64,000 nucleotides of DNA from Chrysomallon squamiferum (taxonomy: Eukaryota > Animalia > Mollusca), in assembly GCA_012295275.1 (NCBI GenBank), contig CM022672.1:21576001-21640000 (forward strand). The letters run 5' to 3'. This document shows positions 1 to 27,230 of the stretch, piece after piece. The notes beneath the pieces were generated by a model. That model was not told the DNA's origin and did no database searches. It worked only from the letters and a program-made list of their open reading frames with translations. The first letter of the stretch is position 1. The number at the start of each line of letters is the position of its first letter. Both the position numbers and the translations under genes were made by a program.

Positions 1-138
1 AGTAAATTATACTATAATAATTCAAATTCCCATTGTGCATCTACAATGACATGCACAAAACCTGTTGTACATTGATACTAAACTTCAAATAATATAAACA
101 TTAAGTAACGACACTGATGTAAGTTTTCAAAGTCTTAC

Positions 139-229
139 CTTGGATAAAAATAAGAATATCGTGTTTAGAACAGACTCCAGCAGCAGCTGGAATGATCGAC
201 AGCAACAGCATCAACGTTATGTACGACAT
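139..229 (-). CDS. First coding exon of a secreted-protein gene continuing off the left edge (MSYITLMLLLSIIPAAAGVCSKHDILIFIQ+G, phase-1 intron)
   Basis: Minus-strand ATG at 229, hydrophobic signal-peptide-like stretch ending AAAG, and a strong donor CAAG|GTAAGA at 139/138. 91 nt = 30 codons + 1. Matching core promoter just upstream. Product not identifiable. Confidence 0.75.
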
Positions 230-254
230 GATGCAGGACGATGTAATGCCGAAC

Positions 255-290
255 GAATGACTGTGTTACAGAGGAACTCCAGCTTAAATA
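255..290 (-). promoter_or_regulatory. Core promoter: TATA-like TATTTAA (290-284) plus initiator TCATTC (260-255)
   Basis: TATA-like T to Inr A spacing is 32 nt, canonical for invertebrate TATA/Inr (TCAKTY) promoters, about 29 nt upstream of the ATG at 229. Confidence 0.6.
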
Positions 291-393
291 CGAAACGGCG
301 TCTTTGTCAGATCAACGTTTAAAACTGTCCAGATGTTTCAGCTAGGATTGATTTTTGTCCTTTTGTCGAAATTAATGATTAATACAAAGTTCA

Positions 394-437
<44 letters not shown>

Positions 438-482
438 GTATATATGTAATATGTATGTATTTAAGTATGTATGTATGATGTA

Positions 483-519
<37 letters not shown>

Positions 520-524
520 GGAAA

Positions 525-906
525 TACGCACAAAATCAAACCCTCGCACAAACAAACAAGTGTGTATATATATATATATATGAAATGTGTGTATGTACTG
601 CACTGCGCAAATACACATACTATTGCAGAAATTATATGAATGACGTTTGTATACGTATGTATATATATGTATGTGTGTGTATGTATGTATGTGTGTATGT
701 ATGTGTATGTATATATAATGTATATATATGTATATATGTATGTATGTATGTATTTTTGTATACACGCACAAAATCAAACCCTCGCACACACAAACAAGTG
801 TGTTCGTGTGTTTGCGTACGTGTATATATTGATATATATATAAAATATGTGTATGTACTGCACTGCGCAAATGCACATACTATTATGGAAATTATATGAA
901 TGACGC
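525..906. repeat. Tandem duplication (about 240-260 bp period) interleaved with (TA)n/(TATG)n
   Basis: ACGCACAAAATCAAACCCTCGCACA...TGTACTGCACTGCGCAAAT.CACATACTATT...GAAATTATATGAATGACG occurs at about 525-645 and about 763-905. Confidence 0.85.
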
Positions 907-1342
907 TTATATATGTGTGTATATATGTATGTATGTATGTATGTGTGTGTGTGTATGTATGTATGTATGTTTTTTTGAAACATGCAAAAATTTATCAATA
1001 CTGTTTCTTTCCCATTATATTTCCTTTGATATAATAAGTTAATTAGAAAATCTATATATCCTTTGTGTACAGCCACAGTTGATGTTACAGATGGGCTATT
1101 GCAGACTTCTTCCGGCCAATGTCCTTCGATTAGTTTGAGAGAAGTTTCAGTTATGTAATAATTAACTATTCAAGTAAAAATTGTACTAGTGGGACTACAA
1201 GTACTATTACTATACACACACACAGACACATATAAGCAAACATGCACACACACGCACAGACACGCACACACATATGGTGTACCGATATTTCTTGCCGAAT
1301 ATTACTCCATGCTGTTAATACAATCATAAGGTTTACTATTAC

Positions 1343-1379
<37 letters not shown>

Positions 1380-2831
1380 GTATGTGTAATAGAACTAATG
1401 ATTGTATTAATATTACTTTGTGCTGTTAATACGATCATTAGTAAATATAAATGTGTATGTGTATGTGTGTGCGTGTGTGCATCTGTATTCATTATATATA
1501 TTCACCCCAACATTTCTCGCCGGGATATAAACATACATTTCTCAGGGAAAGAAAGCTGAGTCGTTCATTTCGCAGTTTCACCTGACGCAGTTATTAATCA
1601 AAGCATTCTTAATCGATATGTACTTGCGCTGGGAATAATGGTAAACAACATTGAAAGATTGAAGTAACAGATTGCTTCAACACCGCTTTCTACAGATCAG
1701 AATGACCCATGGCGTCAGAACATTTTATTGCTTTTATTAAAATAGTGATTACTGTTTGAAGATAAAAGTTTGTGGAAATAATGAAAAAAAAAAAAAAAAA
1801 AATCGTTAGGGTCAAGACAGTATCAGTAGTTATTTGTAAACAAACTATAATTGAAAAAGGTGTAAACGACAAGGGTTTATATTAACAACTACATTCTTCT
1901 TAATAATGATGATGATAATGATTATAATAATGATGATATTGTGATGACAGTGATGGTGATGAGATGATAATATCATTATTTACAACGACAATAACTGCTG
2001 AAGTAATAGTAGTAGTAGCAGTAGTAGTGGTAATAGTAGTAATAGTAGTAGTAGTCGTAGTAGTAGTAGAATTAGCTATAGCAGCATGTGTTAGTAAGAC
2101 AAGTGATAGTAATAAATAATGAAAAAGATAATAGTTGTAGTGGTAGTAATATGTAACAGAAATATCAGTTATAGTAACAATACTGGTAAACTTAGTTGTG
2201 ATAGTAGCAGTAGTAACAGCACTAGTAACAGTTGTAGTAACTGCATTAGTAGTAGTAGTGGAAGTAATATCAGCAGTACTGTTAATAGTAATATTACTAA
2301 TGGTAATAATAAACGAAATATTTGTAGTAGTACTAGAAGCAGATGTGGCAAAAACAACATCACTTGAAATTATTTAAATTTATATTAACGTTTTATAAAT
2401 AGTTATTAAGCACACACACATATCTATATAAACGACATTTATATTTAAACTAAAAAGATTAAATAACTGAAAAGTGTGACGCACCAGCTGTGTATTGTTT
2501 AGAAAGCCAGCAAGATCTTTAACTTATTAAAATTAGCAGTGGTAAAGAACAAATAATGGGGACTGTGGTTTTACAAAACATACTAGGAAAGGTTTAAAAA
2601 ATATGGAAAATATTTCTCTTAAAATGTGTAGGGACCATTTGTTTCAAAACATTTTCGGGACTGTTTTTGTTTTTCATCCTGGGATTGTTTATTTTAAAAC
2701 AAATGAGTTGTGTGCATATAGAAGAAATGTTAAACTTTTACGTAGCTGAAATTAATTTTAGACATGACGATCGATATAAGTTTAAGAAATAAATGAAAAG
2801 GATTTAATAAAGTTCAAAATGAAACCAACTT

Positions 2832-2935
<104 letters not shown>

Positions 2936-3087
2936 ATTTATATATCTCTCAGTATTATTTATATTTATTCACAAACACATACATACAGACATGCATATAT
3001 AAACCCATTTAGATCTTAGACTGATTTAGGCTAAAATGACTAATTAATCAGTTCTGTTAAAATTAATGTTTTAAAAAAGTTTATGCT

Positions 3088-3125
<38 letters not shown>

Positions 3126-3439
3126 TCGCCAGATTCTACTTTACCTCTCTTTTTAACAATTAACTTTATAAACCTCTACCATAAAAATGCTGAAACCGTC
3201 CCTGTCTGTTGACTACAATTTCAAATAATAGAAGAAGAAGAAAAAAAGTATTCAGAAAGTATTTAGTTTTAAAATACTTCAACTCAGTCACATTGTATTG
3301 ACATCTGTACAACGTTCAATGTATTTTACGAGTCAGTCTAGCACTGTTTTAATTGTGTGTAAAATCAATTTGTTTCAAAGTTTTACGATATAACACAATC
3401 ATTTTGTAATGATTTAGAGCCACAGATCATGTTTTTATA

Positions 3440-16672
<13,233 letters not shown>

Positions 16673-16698
16673 TGTGTTTAACTCTTTGACTTCTAACT

Positions 16699-16737
16699 AC
16701 CTGAGTATCTCTCGTTACGATGTTGTGTGGTTATAAA
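16699..16737 (-). promoter_or_regulatory. Possible core promoter of the Reeler-DOMON gene (TTTATAA about 33 nt before Inr-like TCAGGT)
   Basis: Motif spacing and position about 30 nt upstream of the ATG; both motifs are imperfect. Confidence 0.35.
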
Positions 16738-16849
16738 AGATGAATCGCTTTCAGTGATGCAGGACAAAGCTTTGGCAACCAAGAATAAAAGCAAATCATC
16801 CGGAACAGACCCTGCCCCCAGTTTCACGGTTTGGTGAGCAGGCAGCTAG

Positions 16850-16935
16850 GAGTGTCATTGTCTTAGTAGAATTTTAACGTAGGGATTTTACATTTGAAAC
16901 AAACAGGCTTCAGGTTCGAATCCCGACACCGAAGA
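16850..16935 (+). mobile_element. tRNA-derived SINE head remnant (Pol III B-box GGTTCGAATCC)
   Basis: Consensus B-box at about 16913-16923; no complete cloverleaf can be folded. Confidence 0.4.
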
Positions 16936-17432
16936 TAAGCTAATTACGATAATGATGAAGTAATTATAAATGTCGAAAAATTCATTATGATAATAATGAA
17001 GTAATTATAAACGTCGAAAAAAAAAAAAAGTTCGATATTTTGTTATAATTATGTTATTCTACGAAACGATAATGTCGAGAAATCAATGGGATGTTGAGAA
17101 CGTTATCTAGAAGACACGATTATTATTTTAAGTTGTAAAAATATTTCGACTGGAGAAATAATCACATTTAGTCACATATAATACCCGTTTTGTATCGTAA
17201 AGTCATCATCGTAATCATCAACATCGTCGTTATTGCTAACATTTCTTTCTTCTTTTTGTTTTTCCACTTCTTATAATCATCATCACATCATCATGTACCA
17301 TCATATTCATTATCATTACTGTTATTTTTGTATCTTTTCAGTAACTGAGTTATACAGTTAATTTACTTTCATGTCATGCAGCAAAACTAGTTATTTTATG
17401 TATTTTGGTCATAAAAAATATATATACAAAAA

Positions 17433-17471
<39 letters not shown>

Positions 17472-17475
17472 AATA

Positions 17476-17540
<65 letters not shown>

Positions 17541-18224
17541 GACGAAGACGAAAACACATGCAAGTTATTTACATTGTTTCCTCTATAGTTTAAATTCAGT
17601 ACTTCCTGATAAACCCTCATAACAACCATAAAAACAAAATAAAACAAATCATTAAAAACGTTTCATTGTTAATCCGGGGCATCCAAATATAAAAAATAGT
17701 TTAAATATTTGCTAAAAATCATTTCTTTACACATAACCTAAATCAAGCAGATAGCTTTAAAACGGGGAAGAAAGCTGTGGTAATGTTTATATTTACAGAG
17801 AGTTAATTCAGATTAAAAAGGAAATACATGTTGCTGTTTTTGTGACTATTTACTTGTTATTTACTCACGGAACAGTTTATTAATCATTTCGTTTTATAGG
17901 TGGACTTTAATTCTCTGATATACTGGTCGCCTAAAGGGGCTTTCATACCGTGCGACGTATCGCAACAACTTACGACTGAAAGCGCAACTAAATCTTGAGA
18001 TTAATCTCGACCGTTATTTAATGTTCGACTTTGTGACAGTAAGACAGATAGTTCTGATAATGATATGTTACAAATGAATTCTCCGCGAGAACAAACTAAA
18101 TCTCAAAATTGTAGTCTTACATGACAAATAGTGTCGAGGTTGTATTGATTAATAATATTTGTAACGTCTGTAAACTTTCAATAAATCTAAATGTATATAT
18201 GTCTGTCTGTTTGTGTGTGCGTGC

Positions 18225-18342
18225 GTGTGTATAGTATAATATAAAAAATATACAGTACAATATAACATACTATATTCTTTGTGTGTATGTGTGTGTATAT
18301 AATATAATATAAAAAATATACAGTACAATATAACATACTATA

Positions 18343-18345
<3 letters not shown>
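18225..18345. repeat. Short tandem duplication (TATAATATAAAAAATATACAGTACAATATAACATACTATATT x2)
   Basis: Two near-identical copies separated by a TG-rich spacer. Confidence 0.85.
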
Positions 18346-18387
<42 letters not shown>

Positions 18388-18994
18388 AATTATGTATTTA
18401 TAATATAAAATAATATTACAGTCCAGTGTAATAGAGTATGATATAATTTAATGATGATGTCATTTTATATGGTCTCACAACCCTGTTTATATACAATGAC
18501 TAACGAAGCGATCTATTGTAAAACCAACCTAACGAAAATAAGACCCGCACAATCAATCTTCTTCCATCATCATTTACAACGTGTTACGTCTTGTGTAGGT
18601 TTGAGCACATCTGTGTTTGGCAGTATTGTTCTCTGTATTACTATGTTTCCTTCCAGAAAACAGTGAAAATAAAAGAACACTGACTGCTAAATCTTTAGGA
18701 AAGCAGTTAAAATGATAAAAGGTGGTTTCTTCTCTCGAATCATCATCATGATATCATCTCCCAGCTACGTATTAGCAGTTATTTTAAAATGCGTTGGTTA
18801 TCATTTATATTATAAATAGTTTATTTTGATAAGAAATTTTGATAACTTTGAAACAGTGATGTATGGGAACGAAATGACTTCTATAATAGTAATTATATTA
18901 AAATTAAATACATCTTTTTTTTTTTTTTTTCATAATTTTTAAATTATATATTTAAAATACCACCATTAAAATAATGGACTACAAATATTATATC

Positions 18995-19044
<50 letters not shown>

Positions 19045-19624
19045 CTCTATTAAATAATTTTATTGCATATAAATTTTGTTAAAAAAAACCCCACCTATGA
19101 TATATTTATATGTTTATTTTTGTTACGTAAACAGTGTTATAAAAACCTTGTTAACAAATGATAAACACGAAAAAAACATCTGTATTCATCTCATAGAGTG
19201 GAAAATATTAACCTAATTACATATATAAATAAAGTAATATGAAAAATACGTGTTTCAGAAAGAATCACGAAGGTGTACATAAGCCACGCTGAAATATGTC
19301 CCTCGCTTTTTTTTGTCGTTTTTCATTCATAATGGCGTCTTTCTGTAACCGGAGTTAGTAATGTTATTAATGGACGTGTCCCCGGACAAATAAACAAGTG
19401 TTTATCACAACGCTTTTAATTACGTTGGAATAACAGTTAGGTGTGAGCAGTACTGTAATAAAACATTACTGAACAGGAAGCATTGTAATTAAAGCAAGCC
19501 CGAAATGATTTAAACAAACGAAAGCAGTTTGAAATTATTTACGTCCAGTGTAACTTTTATGCAATTATGCAATTATTTTATTTATTAATAGATAATAAAA
19601 AAAAAAAAAAAAAATAAAAATAAA

Positions 19625-19672
<48 letters not shown>

Positions 19673-19823
19673 GATAATAATAAAATAAATAAAACGAGAA
19701 TTTAAGCATGAGGAATTAAATTTATTCTGTTATTTTCGTTTTGTCGTAGAAATAATAAAAATAAATGTTCTCATTTGACTAAATAAACCAATGCAGAATT
19801 TCCTTACTATCGGTTCATCAAGA

Positions 19824-19925
<102 letters not shown>

Positions 19926-22900
19926 AAGAATTCTTAAAATTAGCTAACTAACAAACAAACTAACAAATTAACTAACTAATTAATAATAATAATAATAATA
20001 ATGAAACTAAATTTGACGATGAGTTCTTAAAACGTGCATATCTACCGAGAATCCACCAAACGAAATCAAAGAAATTAATATTCTCCAACGACTAAGGATC
20101 GGTCGAGTACTCCTGACAAGGATCGACCTCGTCGAATCAAGACCCTTAACAAACATTCGTCTTCTGTCTGATCACTAAAAACTAAATTATAACGTACCCG
20201 AAGCTGTCTGTCTGTTCGAAAAGATTAAGGACGCTAACGAGCCTGAAAAACTGTTTAAAGAAATGACGTGACGTTAATTAGTTATTACATAGTTACTGTT
20301 ATACAGAGAAGCAGGACTGCTACCACTACTACTACATCGTCTACTGCCACTACTACATCAGCTGCAGGTTTATTTTTATTTCTTTTTCTTTTTTTTGTTA
20401 ATTTTTTTCTTAGTTCTACGCCAAAGCAGAGATGGTTCTCATGTCACTGTTGAGAGACGTCAGCGACATTGGTTGATTTTCTGTGATTAAATGTCATCAT
20501 GGAAAGCACATTAGTGTCACTACCACGACGGCAACTCCATTAATACGCGACGTCGTTTTGTGAAGACATTTTGATTACATTGTAAATATATCGAGAACAG
20601 ACAACCATTTGAGAAACTGAACGGAATCGGATGCTGTGATGTCAATCAGATTAACATCGGTTTGAATCCTGTAAACTTTTAAAGTAAAATAAATTATTTA
20701 CAGAATAGTTCTGTATACGCTATTAGTACAACTACAAAATAAATAAGTAAAATATAAATAAATAAATAAATAAATAAATAATAATAATAGTAGCCGTAAT
20801 AAATAAACAAATAAATAAATTCATTTTTAAAAATAATAAAAACCCCCAGAAAATTCAGGTTCAAAATAAATAACATGTCGTTCGTTCAACCAGTAACATA
20901 CACGTTCTTACTAATCCACGCCACACCGCACAGAACGGACAATACACAAGTCATGAACTTTATATTAAGTGGATGGCATTTGACAAGTTCGTTCGTTAAT
21001 TTTAGAAGGTACTTTTGTAGAAAGTATGATTATAAGGTTTCCCTAAGCCGTAAAAGTACATCGGTTAGTTCTTCTTAAACCTCGGAATTAATGATGTCTG
21101 AGTTAGGCTGATCGGTTTCCTTCATTAAACTCTCAGTCTGAAAAGATATTTCTTTGGTTAGCAGTTCTGATGAGGACTGGAACGATTACATTACGATTAC
21201 TTGAAAAAAGTGCGATAATAATAATAATTTAAAAAAAAAAAAATAAACGAAAGAAATGAAACCACTGTCATCACTAATAGCAACAATATGGCGACCTTTA
21301 TCATTATCACAACTGCTTCACAACCTCTATCACAACCACCGTTACCACAACCACTACGACTACACCTCACCTCGACCACCAACATCCCAAAACCCAGCTT
21401 TACTACCTAATACCATCTTTAAGATCACGACAGCATCTTCAACAGCAAACGTAATCTGCTTATTGACAACGGTTTCTGGCAAGCTGATTTTTTTTTTTTG
21501 GGGGGAGGGAGGTTTGTGGTCTAAAGAGAACACTAATTTAATACAGTGAGGTCACACCCTCAGGCATTTTATTTTTCACATGAACAGCAGATCATATGTT
21601 ACATGAAACTTAATTTTTGACTCCAGGCAAGATGTCCAGTCTATTAACAAAATTACTCCGTGAGGTTGCTTGACTCGGATTTGTGACTGAGTTTCAAGTC
21701 AGAGAATTGCAGTATTCTCATACTGCAAGAAGCAAGTGTTTTGTGAGTAATGAATATAAAAAATAAAAAAAAAAAAAGAGAGAAAAAAATTAGGTGTGTT
21801 AAATAATAAAACAGGTAAATTAGCGAAAAATACGACTAACGTAGAGTTCAATGAAAATAAAAAAGAATGTAATAATAGTAAATATACTACAAATAGCAAA
21901 TAAAAATAACAATGAAAAAAAAAAAGAAGAATAAAAACAACACAAAACAACTGAAATCTAAATTACTTAATTTAAAATAAAATGGAATTTAAAAAAAATA
22001 AATAAACTGTAGAAAGGACTTCTATTAATATGATTGACATCGTGTTGTTCTTGTTATTATTATTATTATTAGTAGTAGTAGTAGTAGTAGCAGTGGTAGT
22101 AGTAGTAGTTGCTGTAGTAGTAGTAGTAGTTGAAGTAGTAGTAGTAATAATAGTAGTTTTACCAATAATAGTAGTAATAATAAAAGTAAGAGTAGCACTA
22201 GTCGTGGTAATAATGGTAGCAATAGTAACAGTAGCAGCAGGTACAGTAATAGTGCTAGTGGTTACAGAGATTTAATTTAATGGTATGGTTTGCAACACGA
22301 GTTGCTTCCCTTGCTCATTAATGCCTTAAAACGAAAAGTTCAGCGGTGAAAGTAACGTATGTGTTCTTACAGCGCAACCCTTGACATGTTTTTGCCTTAA
22401 GCTAATTTAGGAACTGTAAAGTTAGATAAATGTTCTTAAACTTTCTGCACTTTTTATATGAAGTACTGTCTGAGTTAAAAACTGCAATCATTGTGAATGC
22501 TTTACAATCATCGTCGTCGTCGACATCATCATCATCATCATCGGTAGTCTTATAGTGCAGATCCACCGTTGCTGTTGGAGACTTTATTCTACATTTCGTC
22601 ATGATTTTTAATATATAAATAAATACAGAATGAAAGAAAGAAAGAAATATAATAAATTAAAAATTAATCAAAATAAAAATAAAACAAAGAAAGAAGAACA
22701 GCGACACATATGAAATGCTAGCAATCAAAATCAGTTGCTGCTGTAGTAGTGGTATTAGAAGAGGTTGTAGAAGTATTAGAAGAGGTAGAAGTAGTAGTAG
22801 TAGTAGCATTCCTGTACTCTGTATGCGACGTAATAACTGATTATTATCACGTCATTTCTTTTACCAGTTTTCAGGTTCGTTAGCTTTCTTGACCTTTTTT

Positions 22901-24879
22901 AACATGTAAGACAGTTTGAGTTACATTCTAAGATACTTAAACTGCTGAAATTATCACGAGTTAAACGTATCAAGATTTATCGCTAGAAACATTCTCACAC
23001 GAAGTCCCAGACATGTCATTCTACTAAATAATATAAACATTTCCAGGAATGTAGTACGTGATCTCAGTCTCACACGAATCTGGAACGCACTTTCATTGTC
23101 ACGATAAATCATACCTCTGTGAATTAGGTAATGGTAAAAAAGAAAAAATACTTAGTTATTTTAGGTTGTCGGTTTTATAGAATAATCTAATATTGTTTAT
23201 TATTATTAGTAGTAGTAGTAGAGGTAATAGTGTAGTAGTAGTAGTATTACTATCAGGTCGATTTTATTAATTTGTTTTCATGTTGCATTCTGTAATATAT
23301 ATTGTTTTTCAGTTCTTTTTTTCTTCTATTATTTTTTCCTTTTTAGCGATCTTTTTCTTATAGTTTCTTTACTTTTTCTTTTTTACTTTGTTTCCGTTTA
23401 CTTTTTGTCTTTTACCTGATAATGTCAAAGCAGGTAGATATTTTCCAATTTGGATGGGCATTCAGAAAGTTGGAAGGGCGGTGTGAATATGTATAACCTT
23501 GCGTGATCCGTTAAAAATAATTTTCTTCTCTTTAATGAAAGTCATTTCATCACGAAATTAAATCCAGAACCCTCTGTAATGTAATTTAGATCCGCCCCTA
23601 ATTAATATCCTCTCGAAAGATGTTTATTTAAAATCGTAATGACTCTATTTTCTTTTTCTGTGTTCTTATTTATTTTTATTACTATATTTTAAAATTAATT
23701 TCATTTTCTTTTTTCTTAATTTTAATTATTTCTTCGTTTCATTCTTTTTCTCTTTTTTTTTTTTATTATTATATTACTTTTTTGTGATCCTTAATTTTAT
23801 TTTTTATTTTGTTTTTTCTCTTACTCAAGTTTGCCTCGTCATTTCTTCTTTATGTACTGCTTAGTTTAATTCTTTAATCTTTTTCTTCGTTACTTTTTTA
23901 TTTTTTTTTTTTTTTTTTTTTTTTTTCATTTCATCCTTTTCTTTGGTTTCTGTTAATTTCAGTCCTGGTAATATCGACATCAAAATTAAGAGATCAATGT
24001 CGGTAATGAATTACAAGATGGTCAAAATAAAATACATTTTTTAACTTCGTTTCTTTTTATTTTCTAAATAAGCCTTTTTACGTTTAATATAATATAAAAT
24101 CAAAATTATATTAATTTGTCTTTTATACATAACAAATAATCATCTATCATAAAAAAAAATGTTGTGCCTTTCAGTGTAATTCTTAGCAACCTAATACACT
24201 CTTTTTTCAATCCTTAAGTAAAAAAAAAAATATATAAAAATCCTCGAACCAAAAAAAAAAAAAAAAATCTTATTAAAAAGCTTCATTAAAAAAAAAATGT
24301 AAGTAGGATATGACGATTGAAGCCGTACAAAGTTTTCAAATTAACTCTAAAGAAGCTTTCAGCCATTCTCTCAGGCTTTTTTTTTTTTGTTATTATTCTC
24401 TTTCTTTCTTTTTTTTTTTTTTTTTTTTTTTGGCTTGTTTTCTGTAAACTATATCTCTTTAACTCCCCCATGAAACTGAAGACGTCTCTGAAAGGATAAT
24501 TGTACCGTTATTTAAAAGCGAGTCGGCCAGTTCACAGTTATATTAGTCGGAAAGCCTTCCTACGTAGCCGAAAGGATAACTCAAAATTCAGCTGTTGTTT
24601 CTTTGTTTCTCCCCGTTTCTAAACTGGTTAGATTTTTCTTTTTGATCGTTTTGTTCTTTCTTTCTTGTTTTATTTTTTTTTTTAGTTTTATTTAAATTTG
24701 TTTTCCTTGAAATTCTTCATTTATCTTTCAGTCTTTCTTTTTATGTTTTTTATTAATTTAATTTATTTTACTTTTTATTTTAATTCTTTTTTTAGAAAAA
24801 GTAAACCTCGATGGTAAAAGAAGGTTTTTTTGTTGTTGTTTTTTTGTGAAACTTATATATATGCAAATAGACAGGTAGC

Positions 24880-24926
<47 letters not shown>

Positions 24927-25423
24927 TTTATATATGTGTTTATATATATATTATGTTTGTGTGTTTGTGTGTATATCTGGATGATATGTATAAGTATAAT
25001 TTTCTACGTTTTCCATTTTTTGGTTAACAACTTATTAAATATTACCTATAGTAAAGTCATAACAAAACTGAAGTAACATATCATTTAAAATACGTTTCAC
25101 AAAAGGTGCCAAAATGAAAAATACTTATTTTTAGTATGGGTCAAAAACAAGGACATTATCTTACACATTCTGTTGTAGTCTGATGTTTCCAAAGGTTAAT
25201 ACATGTAAATCCTTTTTTTTGAAATGTCAAAATTTGAAGGTCCAAGTAGACATAATTATAATAAAATAGTAATTACATTATTTTAAAAATTTAGAAAAGA
25301 GAATTAACTAAAATTTATGAAAACAGAAGCAGTAATAGTAGTAGTAATAGTAGTAGTAGTCGTAGTAGTAGTAGTAATAGTGGTAGTAAAAATCATAATC
25401 ATAATAGCGATGATGATGATTTG

Positions 25424-25487
<64 letters not shown>

Positions 25488-27009
25488 TATAAATAAAAAG
25501 AAGATATGACATTTAAAATAAATCGTAAGAATAAAATATAGGCTTCGTTAGAGAATAAACAAAATAATAAAAACAAAAAATTTAAAATTTAAATAAAAAC
25601 GAAAACAACAGCAACAGCAATTACAATAAAAACACCACAATAATAAAAAAAAATAACTTCAAGAACAAGAAAAAAAAAAAAAGTAGATTAATTTAATAAA
25701 ATGCATATCAAAAGAACCACATTTCAACAGATATTTTTTATCTTCTCCGCCTAAATGATATTAAAAGCGAGTCTGCAAAATAAACCTCTAAACATTCTGG
25801 TCTAACTGTGAGTTATGTGGTTATAAATACAAGTTATATACATATTATTTTTCGAAAAAAGCGACTCATAAAATGCAAAATAAACCTCATTAAACATTGA
25901 TTTATATTCATTAAAATTGTTCCCGATGTTCAGTCTCGAAAAGCAGAAATTTCAAATGACAAAAAAAAAAAAATATATTTTAAGTTATATACATATTCTC
26001 TTTTTCTAAAAAAATTTTAGTTTAAAAATTTCATAAAACATTTTCAGTTTATTTTAAATATTTATCTTGTTTATGTAGATTTTAATAATAAAAAAAAAAA
26101 AATAGAAAAAAAAAAATAGAAAAAAATAAATGATGGAAGAAAAAGAAAAAAGTATTCTTGAGACTTTAACAAGTAGCTCTGAAATTTATTGCGAATCCAC
26201 TCATGTATCGTGTCATCTGTTGTTAGAATTGGCCTGTTTCTGTTTTCTTCTCATTTTTCAGCGTCACCGAGTGAACAGATAATGATTAAAAAGTTCATAT
26301 GAACTGTTAATAGAAGCTATTTTGGAAGAGTTGATGTCAGTGAGGACAAAGCTAAAAAAAACAACAAAAAAAAAAAACATGAAACGTTTCTTGGTGAAGA
26401 GCCCTTTCTTTTTTCTTTCTTTTTTTGCATTTTATCTCTTTCTCATTTGTATCCAGCAAATTGGGCACGGTCCAACCATATACCCGAGTTTAGTGTACCA
26501 TACCACATCCTCCCGTGCAATAAACCGCTAATCTCTTCAAACGTTGGCATAATACAGAGTAATGATTAAACAGTGACTGGAGTTTTCTTGTCATTTTTAA
26601 TGGCATGTCCTTGCAATACACACCTTCCTGTTTAATGATGATATTAATACCAGCAATAACGCGGTGGTGAGTTTCTTCAGACATCAAAACAAAACACAGT
26701 TAACAACTTTTGCTTATGAGCAATGAAAGATAATATTAAAATGTTGTCAGTTATAAAAGTTGTATTCATTCATTCATCGAGGTGTTCAGGATGTTATGTA
26801 CAAGCTGTGAGTACAGTCAGTATGTTACTGTTACATACTGAGTAAAGTTAGTGTCCATTAAAAATAATAAAAAGTAACTTGACAATTATTAATATGAACA
26901 TCCTTCTTTTAGAGTTACTACAAGCACAAGGGAAAGTTTTATTAATATGACCTGTTTTAGTTTGACCTGTTTTGTGACCTATTTAATGAATATATTTTTA
27001 ATTGGATTT

Positions 27010-27230
27010 CATTATATTTCCTTTTAACGGATATTATGTTTTATTTGATGTTGCTATTCCAATTATTATCTGACTATGAGAAAAGCCTGTTGTGCTACAC
27101 ATGGGTTACTCTTGTAAGACTGCAGCAAGAAACCTTTTTTGTATAAATATTTGTAATTAGACAGAAAAACACAGGTCTACACAAAGGTGTTTTATAATTC
27201 AATCGTGGAACAAGTAATGGGAAACTGTTT
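27010..27230 (-). mobile_element. Decayed SINE (core plus tail)
   Basis: CATGGGTTACTCTT...GCAGCAAG...TTTGTATA...AGACAG is similar to the other copies in the window. Confidence 0.5.

Noticed and set aside
599-611. Metal-response element in the duplicated upstream block
   Set aside because: TGCACTG and TGCGCAG do not match the TGCRCNC consensus.
391-1559. Long ORFs rich in YI/CV/HT
   Set aside because: Translations of (TA)n/(TG)n/(TATG)n microsatellites.
17932-18130. Possible DNA-transposon end (AAAGGGGCTTTCATACCGTGCGAC)
   Set aside because: No partner TIR or TSD found.
23440-23600. GATCCGCCCCT MITE-like terminus
   Set aside because: The opposite end is too decayed to define an element.
26490-26687. 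65-aa minus-strand ORF of ordinary composition
   Set aside because: No recognisable motif or splice context.
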